A stretch of DNA of 34,781 nt from an uncultured virus (IMG/VR IMGVR_UViG_3300005512_000007). Lineage: Duplodnaviria > Heunggongvirae > Uroviricota > Caudoviricetes. This document shows positions 15,503 to 23,356 of the stretch, one piece after another; position 1 is the stretch's first letter, and each line of letters opens with the position of its first letter. The stretch is from the IMG/VR virus record IMGVR_UViG_3300005512_000007; one strand, written 5' to 3'. The notes under the pieces were generated by a model. The model saw nothing but the letters and a program-made list of their open reading frames with translations, was not told the origin of the DNA and did no database searches. The translations under genes and the position numbers were made by a program.

Positions 15503-15784
15503 ATGCTTGACGATGACCTGCTGACACTGGAGTCGTTTCTTAGCGATTACAGAGAGCGCGATTGGATCAAGAAAGCCGCGTGTCGCGGCATGGATACCGA
15601 TCTGTTCTTTCCTGAGCGTGGCGAATCTACCCGAGAAGCCAAGGCTGTCTGTGAAACCTGCACGGTAAGACAGGAGTGCGGGGAATATGGGTTTATGGAA
15701 AAGATCGGCATTTGGGGTGGCACTACTGAGTACTACCGACGCCGCATCCGAAGCCAAAATCACAAAGAGTTATCCACAGGGTAA
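15503..15784 (+). CDS. whiB: WhiB-family Fe-S transcription factor
   Basis: AAC..DTDLFFP...AKAVCETCTVRQEC...GIWGG. Confidence 0.95.
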   Translation: MLDDDLLTLESFLSDYRERDWIKKAACRGMDTDLFFPERGESTREAKAVCETCTVRQECGEYGFMEKIGIWGGTTEYYRRRIRSQNHKELSTG

Positions 15785-15837
15785 TTAACAAAGCACACCA
15801 GTAGCAATTTGCCATATTAGGTGTGATATACTAAGGG

Positions 15838-15940
15838 TCTCGACAGTGCGCTCCCCACAGTATGGGGTGGGTAGATGTCTCCACCAGACACAGAGCGCAT
15901 GTACAGGGAGGGGGGTTTCGGCCCCCCTCCCTTTCTCTTT
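15838..15940 (+). ncRNA. Candidate ~100-nt structured sRNA
   Basis: Own TGaTATACT extended -10 (15824-15832); multi-stem fold; intrinsic terminator. Confidence 0.5.
15905..15940 (+). terminator. Intrinsic terminator
   Basis: AGGGAGGGGGG-loop-CCCCCCTCCCT followed by TTCTCTTT. Confidence 0.75.
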
Positions 15941-15957
15941 GTATTAGATTACGCCCC

Positions 15958-16245
15958 ATGCGTAATCGGCGTAAAAACAACAGCCCCGAGATAGTCGTGG
16001 TCAGATGGCACGACGCTCACGCCGATTCTGCTGGTACGTGGGTCGAACTCTCCGACATCGACCCAGACCCCTTACTGGTCACGTCAGTTGGAATACTTCT
16101 TCCAGCAACTACGAAACCAAAGCATGTCTCTATCGCCCAGAGTTATGCCGATGACCTATGTGACCACGTCATTCATATACCAGAGAAGATGGTTGTCGAC
16201 GTTACGGTCTTAGGCGTACTGGACAAGCCCGAGAAGTCCTCGTAG
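15958..16245 (+). CDS. Conserved phage hypothetical (VxWxDA motif)
   Basis: VVVRWHDAH...SVGILL...IAQS...IP; leaderless start 7 nt after TAGATT. Confidence 0.7.
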   Translation: MRNRRKNNSPEIVVVRWHDAHADSAGTWVELSDIDPDPLLVTSVGILLPATTKPKHVSIAQSYADDLCDHVIHIPEKMVVDVTVLGVLDKPEKSS

Positions 16246-16248
16246 AAT
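16220..16248 (+). promoter_or_regulatory. Promoter TGGACA-17-TAGAAT for the tRNA locus
   Basis: Ends 8 nt before the tRNA fragment. Confidence 0.65.
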
Positions 16249-16256
16249 CTGCCGAG

Positions 16257-16288
16257 GCCCGTGTAGCCCAATGGCAGAGGCAGGTGTC
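16257..16288 (+). pseudogene. 5' half of a tRNA (Leu-like), truncated at the anticodon loop
   Basis: GCCCGTG-TA-GCCCAATGGCAGAGGC-A-GGTGT-C: acceptor 5' strand, D arm and anticodon 5' stem; no matching 3' half found. Confidence 0.75.
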
Positions 16289-16304
16289 GTGGTATACTTG
16301 ATTT

Positions 16305-16790
16305 ATGGATAGTAAATCTTACACAGACAACGAACTGATAGATGCCGTGAAGTCCTCTTTCAGTATTAGCGAAGTACTTAGACGTCTTGGTCTACAGCCT
16401 GCGGGCGGCAACTACAGAGTATTCCACCAAAACGTAAACAGGTTAGGATTAGACACCTCTCATTTTACGGGACAAAAATGGAGAAAAGGAGCCAGAGAAT
16501 CAGTAGTTAAACGCAAGCCGCTAGAAGAGTTACTTGTTTCAAACAGTTCGTACAGCACCTATAGACTTAAGAACAGACTAATAGAAGAAGGCGTTTTTGA
16601 GAGGAAGTGCTCAAGTTGCGGACTGTTGGAGTGGATGGGTGTTCCTATGCCGTTAGAGTTAGAGCACATTAACGGCACCAACAATGACCACAGGCTTGAA
16701 AATCTATGCCTTTTGTGTCCGAATTGCCACGCCCTGACAAGTACCTACAGGGGTAGAAACAAGAAAAAGCGAGCGGGATTGGTGGAATAG
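16305..16790 (+). CDS. HNH endonuclease with N-terminal DNA-binding domain, tRNA-associated
   Basis: CSSC...LELEHING..NDHRLENL.LLCPNCH; AT-richer than neighbours; last 6 codons overlap tRNA-Leu. Confidence 0.92.
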   Translation: MDSKSYTDNELIDAVKSSFSISEVLRRLGLQPAGGNYRVFHQNVNRLGLDTSHFTGQKWRKGARESVVKRKPLEELLVSNSSYSTYRLKNRLIEEGVFERKCSSCGLLEWMGVPMPLELEHINGTNNDHRLENLCLLCPNCHALTSTYRGRNKKKRAGLVE

Positions 16791-16856
16791 GCAGACACGA
16801 GGGTCTTAAACACCCTTGCTCATAAGAGCGTACCGGTTCAAGTCCGGTATCCCGTA
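16773..16856 (+). tRNA. tRNA-Leu(UAA)
   Basis: Acceptor GCGGGAT/ATCCCGT; anticodon stem AGGGT/ACCCT with loop CT-TAA-AC; long variable arm; ACCGG-TTCAAGT-CCGGT; discriminator A. Confidence 0.93.
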
Positions 16857-16861
16857 CCCAA

Positions 16862-16941
16862 GCCGCCAGATCCTAAGGGGACCGGTTGTCCCCAGTTGTC
16901 TTATCAACAACCGGATGAGGGTTCAACTCCTACTGGCGGTA
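16862..16941 (+). tRNA. Non-canonical tRNA-like gene, anticodon UAU (Ile)
   Basis: Acceptor GCCGCCA/TGGCGGT; anticodon arm GTTGT-CTTATCA-ACAAC; T loop TTCAACT; aberrant D region. Confidence 0.65.
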
Positions 16942-17271
16942 CTACCGCTCGGGGATGAACACCGTCTCCCCGACGAGATCGGTGGCCTCCCGCATACCGT
17001 TCCACTGGTAGTAGCGCTTGAGGTACAGGTGAACCGGTTGGTTCTTGAACATGCGAGCGATCAGGTCACGGGTCTGCTCACCGTCTTCGACGGTCGTGGA
17101 CCTACCGGCCTTGTTGGGGACCTCGATGCGAGTACCGGGTACCCACTGCTCGGGGTTGTACTTCAGCAAGATCGCGTAGCGAGACCCGTCTCCGTAGACC
17201 ACCTCGGCCACACTCCGGGGAGTGTCCCCGTCCTGAAGGAGGAACGTACCGTGACTTCTGTGCTCAATCAT
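16942..17271 (-). CDS. LysM-like (tandem) protein
   Basis: LQDGDTPRSVAEVVYGDGSRYAILLKYN...PGTRIEVP plus a second degenerate repeat; AAGGAG SD. Confidence 0.7.
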   Translation of the reverse strand: MIEHRSHGTFLLQDGDTPRSVAEVVYGDGSRYAILLKYNPEQWVPGTRIEVPNKAGRSTTVEDGEQTRDLIARMFKNQPVHLYLKRYYQWNGMREATDLVGETVFIPER

Positions 17272-17292
17272 GAAACCTTCTTTCTCCTTGTT

Positions 17293-17410
17293 CTGGAAAC
17301 CGTAGGCGACCGTAGGGAGCCTACCCTCAGACGCTCGTGCGGAGCACGGGCTGTCTTATTGCCTCGCTTCGCTCGGCGGAGGCTCGCGCAAGCGCTCGCC
17401 TCGTTTTCAG
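17293..17410. other. Cluster of four hairpins with GNA triloops and/or tandem G.A pairs
   Basis: Hairpins at 17302-17324, 17329-17356, 17361-17377, 17379-17402. Confidence 0.65.
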
Positions 17411-17570
17411 GCTTTCGGGAACCTCTTCCCCCTTGACCACCTTCTACAAGTTTCCAGTTTACCGGACCTGTCAAGTACCCCCCCCAAGAAAATGTAAAGG
17501 GGGCCGCTATTTCCTACTTGGGATGGTTGCGATCAGCCATAATAAGTACACCCGCCTTGAGGAGGTCCGC

Positions 17571-17696
17571 ATGGAACAGTGTGAATGGTGCGGAGGGCCG
17601 ATGGTCCCCGAACACGCGCACTACAAGTGCCGACAGTGCGGGCAGCGGGATAGTTGTTGCGACGGCGGGGAGTGCAGGCCCAATGAAAAAGACTGA
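17571..17696 (+). CDS. Small Zn-ribbon protein (41 aa)
   Basis: GGAGG SD; CEWC...HYKCRQC...CC. Confidence 0.7.
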   Translation: MEQCEWCGGPMVPEHAHYKCRQCGQRDSCCDGGECRPNEKD

Positions 17697-18069
17697 GATG
17701 AACTACACGGTCACCCGAGGCGAGGTCTGGGAGCGCCTGATCATCGTCAAGGATCGCCGCACGCGGCGTAAGCGGGTTCCAGTCGAAGCAGCCGCCAGCG
17801 TCAAGATCGGTGACACTGCCTATCAAATCCCCGTGACGATTACTTCCGAGGGCGGCATCCTGCTGTCCATGACTCCCGCTAACACGGAGTGGCTGGCAGA
17901 CGGCACCTACAATTGGGACCTCGTCGCCACGATTAGCCGCTCTGCCCTACTCACTTCGACGCCTCTGGCTGAGACCGTCGTCGTCTACGGCACCTTGACG
18001 GTGTCGACGTACGACAACATCACCCCGATGGACTCTGACGGCGTCACGACCGCTCTGGAGACCGTCTGA
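17683..18069 (+). CDS. Beta-sandwich virion adaptor-like protein (BppU-N-like), paralogous to 28725
   Basis: RGE.W...G.ILLS.TP..T..L..G.Y.WDL...G.L.V. Confidence 0.6.
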   Translation: MKKTEMNYTVTRGEVWERLIIVKDRRTRRKRVPVEAAASVKIGDTAYQIPVTITSEGGILLSMTPANTEWLADGTYNWDLVATISRSALLTSTPLAETVVVYGTLTVSTYDNITPMDSDGVTTALETV

Positions 18070-18263
18070 TGAATTGGCTCGGCATCCTCGCTACTGTCCT
18101 CGCCCCCGGTGGTCTGCTGGCCCTTCTCATTGAGAAGACGCGGAGAGAGAACAACCGTGATCACGACCGCAACTCCAAGATGCTACAGTCGATAGATAAG
18201 AAGGTCGACAAGATCGACACACGGCTCGATCATCACATCGAATGGCATTTGGATAAGGAATAA
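18069..18263 (+). CDS. Small membrane protein with coiled coil (holin-like)
   Basis: N-terminal TM segment; IDKKVDKIDTRLDHHI. Confidence 0.6.
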   Translation: MNWLGILATVLAPGGLLALLIEKTRRENNRDHDRNSKMLQSIDKKVDKIDTRLDHHIEWHLDKE

Positions 18264-18653
18264 ATGGAAGTCTGGCAGGACGCACAAGGTCGTTACCGAA
18301 ACAAGCGGGGTCAGTTCGCTAAGAGTTACAGTCGACAGTTCGCTGAGATCGAGGTCGGCGCTGTCTCCTCGGGTCGCGTTGAGGGCATCACCGAGTGGGA
18401 ATATGTAGCATCGTCACGCATCGCCGCCGTGCGCTACGACTATGAAGAGATGAAGTTGTGCGTGAAGTTCATCAAACTCGGTAGGAACCTCGGCCTTGCC
18501 TACGTGTACGAGCAGATTCCCCCACCGATCTACATGCAGTTCGTTCAATCAGACTCACTTGGTAAATACGTTAACTCGGTGTTGAATAACTTCCCGTACC
18601 ATCCAGCCACCGAGGATGAGTTAGAACTGTATTTCGATGGCAACCGTTTTTAA
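18264..18653 (+). CDS. KTSC-domain protein
   Basis: SSRIAAVRYD...L.VKF...YVYEQIP..IY..F..SDSLGKYVN. Confidence 0.8.
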   Translation: MEVWQDAQGRYRNKRGQFAKSYSRQFAEIEVGAVSSGRVEGITEWEYVASSRIAAVRYDYEEMKLCVKFIKLGRNLGLAYVYEQIPPPIYMQFVQSDSLGKYVNSVLNNFPYHPATEDELELYFDGNRF

Positions 18654-18664
18654 AGGAGCAGAAT

Positions 18665-18997
18665 ATGTTGTGGCTGGCAATTGTTGCGGCCTGTGCGATT
18701 GGTGCCTATCTGTTATTCAAGGACACCATGAACCGCATCCAGTACCTGCAAAGTGTACGTCTATACTGGATAACCAGAAACAACGGCGTGCGTGGGATGA
18801 GAGTAATAACTCGGGCGTTCATGCGCCAGACCGCGCCCCCGTGGTGGAGGGGTACGGGTATACAGTTTCGTGCTGGTAGGTACACTTTCCAGATCGGCGT
18901 TCTCACTGGGCGTGCGTCGAACCTGCTGGATCAGGTAGACGGTCGTGATATGGATGTCGCCACCGCTGAGTTAAGAAATTGGGGCAAAAATGGATGA
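18665..18997 (+). CDS. Hypothetical membrane-anchored protein
   Basis: AAGGAG SD; N-terminal TM segment. Confidence 0.7.
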   Translation: MLWLAIVAACAIGAYLLFKDTMNRIQYLQSVRLYWITRNNGVRGMRVITRAFMRQTAPPWWRGTGIQFRAGRYTFQIGVLTGRASNLLDQVDGRDMDVATAELRNWGKNG

Positions 18998-19211
18998 TTA
19001 TGCTGTCCGCAAGATCGATCTCGCGTACATGAAGCGTGCTCGCAGCCTTGAGCCGCACATGACCGGTGACCACATGGAGTCCGTTGCCATTGCGCTTCAC
19101 CAAGCGATTGACAACTGGCGTTTCCACGATGGCCCGTCTGAAGATGTGACACTTTGCGTTGACGCAATGGTTGCACTGTGGTCTGTTATCGAAGACCGCA
19201 TATCGGTGTGA
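18990..19211 (+). CDS. Hypothetical protein (73 aa)
   Basis: Overlapping tiling before terL. Confidence 0.65.
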   Translation: MDDYAVRKIDLAYMKRARSLEPHMTGDHMESVAIALHQAIDNWRFHDGPSEDVTLCVDAMVALWSVIEDRISV

Positions 19212-19226
19212 TAGCGTTTCATACGT

Positions 19227-20801
19227 ATGGAGACTCTGGACCCCATTGAAGAGGCGGCTCAGGAATACGAGGACGCCCTCGCTGAACTTGAGGATGAGTT
19301 AGATGAAACTACTCAAGAGTTCGTCGACGATCTCGTCACCAAACTTCTAGTCTTCATTCAGACCTTCTGCGATACGGAGTTTTTCCCCTACCAGTTACCT
19401 ATCGCCCAGAGCATCGTCGAATCCATCGTTCTTGGAGACGGTGAAGAGAAGACGCTTATCGCTACTCGTCAGAGCGGTAAGTCTGAGGTGATCTCTAACA
19501 TCATTGCTGGACTGATGGTCATCCTGCCCCGCCTCGCCAAGGTGTACCCCACGTGGCTCAGTAAGTTTGAGAAGGGCTTCTGGGTCGGAGTGTTCGCCCC
19601 CACCGAGGATCAGGCAGACACCGTGTTCGGGCGCGTGGTCAGCAAGTTGACCAGCGATCACGCCATGGACTTCCTGCTCGACCCAGAGATCGACGACAAG
19701 GCCACTGCTGGCGGTAGCCGAGGCAAGGGCAAGATCATCACGCTGAAGAAGTCCGGCTCTCTCTGCCGTATGCAGACCTGTAACCCCAAGGCCAAGATTG
19801 AGTCCAAGACGTATCACTTCGCCTTTATCGACGAGGCTCAGGAAGCCGACGAGACGATGATCGCCAAGTCGATCAAGCCCATGCTTGCGTGGAACAACGG
19901 GAGCATCGTTTTGGGCGGTACAGCCCAGCGCTACAAGTCGTACTTCTACAATGCCATCCAGTACAACAAACGGCGTGACATTAACGGGCGCACCCACAAG
20001 GTTCACCACCACGAATACGATTGGAAGACAGCGGCTAAGTACAACAAAAACTACGCCGACTTCATTTCTAAAGAGAAGTTACGTATTGGTGAGGACTCCG
20101 ATGAGTTCCAGATGTCGTACTGCAACCGGTGGATGTTGGAGAAGGGCATGTTCGTGTCCGAGGACCGGTTGGACCGGTTGTACGACCCGAGTATGCCGCT
20201 GGTGTCAGAGTGGTGGAAGACTCCAATAGTCGTTGGTATCGACGTTGCCCGTACCAACGACTCGACTGTGATTACTCCCGTGTGGGTTGACTGGGACCAC
20301 CCAGACCCCTTCGGGTTCTTTGAGCACCGTGTGTTGAACTGGCACGAGATCAACAATGTCGAATGGGAGACGCAGTACTTTGAGATCATCGATTTTCTAC
20401 GTAACTATGACGTATACCGCATCGGGGTGGACGCGCAGGGTGTTGGAGGTGCCGTTGCAGAGCGCCTTCAGATTCTTCTCCCCCAAATCGAGGTCATCTC
20501 CGTTTCATCAGATGCGAAAGCACAGAATGAACGGTGGACTCACCTTACCCAGTTGATCCAGCGTGATCAGTTGATCGTCCCCGGTCACAGTAAGGCTCGC
20601 CGCACAAAGCGGTGGCGCAAGTTCAACCAGCAGATGGGAGAACTGGAAAAGGTAAACCGTGGTCCGTACCTGCTCGCAGCCGCCCCGGATGAGCGCGGGG
20701 CATTTGACGATTACCCGGATTCTTTAGCGATTGCGTGCGCAATGACGGTTCAGGACGTTATGCCGACTGTTACAGTGTACGAGAATCCGTTTTTCGACTA
20801 A
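19227..20801 (+). CDS. terL: Terminase large subunit
   Basis: RQSGKS Walker A; FIDEAQ Walker B; GIDVA..DST nuclease; DDYPDSLA. Confidence 0.93.
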   Translation: METLDPIEEAAQEYEDALAELEDELDETTQEFVDDLVTKLLVFIQTFCDTEFFPYQLPIAQSIVESIVLGDGEEKTLIATRQSGKSEVISNIIAGLMVILPRLAKVYPTWLSKFEKGFWVGVFAPTEDQADTVFGRVVSKLTSDHAMDFLLDPEIDDKATAGGSRGKGKIITLKKSGSLCRMQTCNPKAKIESKTYHFAFIDEAQEADETMIAKSIKPMLAWNNGSIVLGGTAQRYKSYFYNAIQYNKRRDINGRTHKVHHHEYDWKTAAKYNKNYADFISKEKLRIGEDSDEFQMSYCNRWMLEKGMFVSEDRLDRLYDPSMPLVSEWWKTPIVVGIDVARTNDSTVITPVWVDWDHPDPFGFFEHRVLNWHEINNVEWETQYFEIIDFLRNYDVYRIGVDAQGVGGAVAERLQILLPQIEVISVSSDAKAQNERWTHLTQLIQRDQLIVPGHSKARRTKRWRKFNQQMGELEKVNRGPYLLAAAPDERGAFDDYPDSLAIACAMTVQDVMPTVTVYENPFFD

Positions 20802-20877
20802 GACGAATAAACGGACATCGCCATATGGCCGAGTGCTACTATGGCTTCATAAGCACTCATATGGAGGTCTTTACCTT

Positions 20878-21291
20878 ATGGACATGAATCCGACCATCGC
20901 CCCGCAGAATCCGTATCCCGAGGCCATGCGTAACGTCTTTGAACGTACGATGGCCCCGAGCGTTCCGGGTAACAAGGGTCCGCTCCGCTTTGAAGAGGGC
21001 GTTGCGACTGACACCGACGTTCCGAATGACTTCGGGCAGGGCGCCTACGCCGACACGGCTCCGTCCCCGGCTCGCATGAACCACAACAACCCGGAGATGT
21101 TCTACAAGTACCCGGAGCAGACGATGCGCGAGCGTGCCCACGTTGGCTCGGCTTCGTGGATCGAGGCTCCCGGCGTGCTTTCGGACTTCGTGACCGGCAC
21201 CGTCGCTGGTGACTCGATGCCGAAGTTCGAGATGGCGGTCAATTCGGGTATGCACATGAACCGCCCGAATCCCGTTCGCGTCGACGGCTGA
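20878..21291 (+). CDS. Hypothetical, probable virion protein
   Basis: GGAGG SD; TGcTACTAT promoter upstream; strongly biased codons. Confidence 0.75.
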   Translation: MDMNPTIAPQNPYPEAMRNVFERTMAPSVPGNKGPLRFEEGVATDTDVPNDFGQGAYADTAPSPARMNHNNPEMFYKYPEQTMRERAHVGSASWIEAPGVLSDFVTGTVAGDSMPKFEMAVNSGMHMNRPNPVRVDG

Positions 21292-21497
21292 TGGAAGGCG
21301 GCGCAACAGCCGCACCTGCTAGTAATGGCGTCGCCGCCGCTGGCGATGCTACTGGCGCTGACGTTGCTGTAGACGGGTCACAGGACAACCTCACGGGCAC
21401 TGAAGACCTCCCGTTGCCTGTGGCCCCCTACGCACTCGTCTCGCTTAGATATCGACGCTATTGCTTTATGAAGTCCGCAGAGGACTGTCGGAGGTGA
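21291..21497 (+). CDS. Hypothetical protein (68 aa)
   Basis: TGATG coupling. Confidence 0.55.
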   Translation: MEGGATAAPASNGVAAAGDATGADVAVDGSQDNLTGTEDLPLPVAPYALVSLRYRRYCFMKSAEDCRR

Positions 21498-21500
21498 CCC

Positions 21501-22088
21501 GTGATTAACGAACAGCAATTCAACAAGGTCGCTGAGGACATGGCCGCTGGTGGTTTCAGTGTTAAAGTGGCTGGCCCCGGTCAGGGAACCAGCCCCTCGG
21601 GCAATGTCGACATGGTCGGTGGCTACAAGGGCCATTTTGCTGACTTTCCAGCCGATCCGGCTCTAACCGGAGAAGACATCCGAGGATTCGCCGTTGAGAC
21701 TCCTGAGCGTCATGCGGCGCTTGCTGAGCCTGACGTGTACCTCGGTGGTTGGCCCGGGGATTCTCCCCCCCGTCAATCGCTTGACGTGTCGAAGGCGTTC
21801 TCTACGCGGAGTAAGAGCACCCGTGAGGCCGGACGCCTCGCCGCCGCTGAGGCTAATCAAGAATCCATTGGCCTGATCCGTGGCGGTGAGTTCGTTGGGG
21901 AGCGCAAGTACCCGTACTACGTCCCCGGTGCTTCTCAGGGAGGCCGCAACCCCGACCTGTTTGACGCTGCGTGGGCTTCTTCTCACGGCAACTTCAAGGG
22001 CGATCCGGCTTGGGAGAAGATCAAGACCGGTCGTGATCGTAAGGCTGAGGCCAAGGCTAGGCGAGCAAAGAAGCAGTCCGATGGCTGA
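21501..22088 (+). CDS. Hypothetical protein (GGF...YLGGW...LDVS...NQ pattern), N-terminus MINEQQF
   Basis: GGAGG SD; motif pattern recalled from phage hypotheticals. Confidence 0.7.
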   Translation: MINEQQFNKVAEDMAAGGFSVKVAGPGQGTSPSGNVDMVGGYKGHFADFPADPALTGEDIRGFAVETPERHAALAEPDVYLGGWPGDSPPRQSLDVSKAFSTRSKSTREAGRLAAAEANQESIGLIRGGEFVGERKYPYYVPGASQGGRNPDLFDAAWASSHGNFKGDPAWEKIKTGRDRKAEAKARRAKKQSDG

Positions 22089-23292
22089 CGCTGGTATGGA
22101 ACCGGGTTTTTATCAAGGCCGTCTAAAGGGACGTAAGACTGGTCGCATTTCTCCCCGCGAAGCAAAGCGTGCTCCTCGTTGGGAAGCCGTCCTTGCCAAG
22201 CACGGTTTGATGGAGAGCGGTAAGGCCGATCCTAATCAGGGCCAGTTATTCGATGTCGACAAGGTCGTTGGCCCCGCTAAGTCTGAAGAGCAGTTAATGC
22301 GGGAACGTGGCGCACCCCCGCCCTTGGCAGGTAGTGCTCCGGGTTTCATGCCCGGTATCGAACGTGCTACTGAGAAGGCCACGAAGAAAGCGAAGATCAC
22401 CGGACTTCAGAAGTTGGCGACTGCTAGAGAGCGAGCAGGAACTTCTCGTGGTGGTCCCGCTGTCCAAGAGACGATGCAAGACCGTCAAGCGGCATATGAT
22501 GCTGGTAAGCCCGCTGACTGGTACATGCCCGTTAGTGAAGGGCAAAACGTAGTTGGAGAAAGCGCAGCCATGAAGGCCATGCGGGAAGCGACTCCAGAAT
22601 CCCGCGTTTCCCCACAACAGTTTATTCGCACGGTCGCTATCACCAGCCCGAGAACCGCGTGGGATGAAGGCGGCGCTCCGGGTACTACGGATTACAAGAT
22701 GCCTAACATCGAGTCGGCTAAGAGCGCCGCTAGCGCCTTCTCTGCTGTTGCTGGCCAGCCCGATGCTTCACCGTCTTCGGCTATAGAAGCCGCCGCTTCC
22801 GCCCCCGGTCAGGCACTTGCCCAATCCATGCGCAAAGCAGGTGAGCACTTGCTCAAGCCGACTACTTCTCCTATCGAGATCGCTAGTCCCAAATCCCAGA
22901 AAGTCCCCAACTTTGAGCAGGCCCTTCTTATGGGCACTGAAGATAAGACCCTTACTAAAGGCATGGCTGGTTCCTACACGGTAGACACGTGGGATACGCG
23001 CAGTGCCGGACTTGACGAGGGTGTGCTCAATACTGATGCTGGCTACGCCGCTGCGAAGATGACTGGCCGTCGTGCCGCTCTCAAGAACTGGGAACTTCCC
23101 TCCAACTTTCAATCCCGAACTTGGGTTGTAGAGCGGGAGAAGGAACCAGTGGAATCTATGGGACAGAACCGGTTGTTCCAGTCCGTTGGTGGCAAGGTCG
23201 TCCCCAACCCTTCCGCTATGCCCGCAGAAAAGGTTTCTTCACAGCAGTTCAAGAAGAGTAAGACTGCTGAAGAGTTTGGGTTGGAGTTCTGA
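22081..23292 (+). CDS. Putative HhH/DNA-glycosylase-like protein
   Basis: DWY...AITSP...W...N...KVPNF...TVDTW...Y..A...P..FQ..TW; start reassigned to ATG 22081. Confidence 0.55.
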   Translation: MADAGMEPGFYQGRLKGRKTGRISPREAKRAPRWEAVLAKHGLMESGKADPNQGQLFDVDKVVGPAKSEEQLMRERGAPPPLAGSAPGFMPGIERATEKATKKAKITGLQKLATARERAGTSRGGPAVQETMQDRQAAYDAGKPADWYMPVSEGQNVVGESAAMKAMREATPESRVSPQQFIRTVAITSPRTAWDEGGAPGTTDYKMPNIESAKSAASAFSAVAGQPDASPSSAIEAAASAPGQALAQSMRKAGEHLLKPTTSPIEIASPKSQKVPNFEQALLMGTEDKTLTKGMAGSYTVDTWDTRSAGLDEGVLNTDAGYAAAKMTGRRAALKNWELPSNFQSRTWVVEREKEPVESMGQNRLFQSVGGKVVPNPSAMPAEKVSSQQFKKSKTAEEFGLEF

Positions 23293-23356
23293 TCCACTCC
23301 TGAGTTCACCCCACGTTGTACACTGGGTGTGACCCGTGCCACAAGGAGGTGCTCCA

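Noticed and set aside
15843..15902. Hammerhead ribozyme or H-type pseudoknot
   Set aside because: No CUGANGA/GAAA core; the pseudoknot would need a zero-length loop, so the pairings are alternatives.
16257..16856. Group I intron in tRNA-Leu carrying the HNH
   Set aside because: No room for a ribozyme core; the downstream tRNA is complete, and its acceptor 3' strand cannot pair with GCCCGTG.
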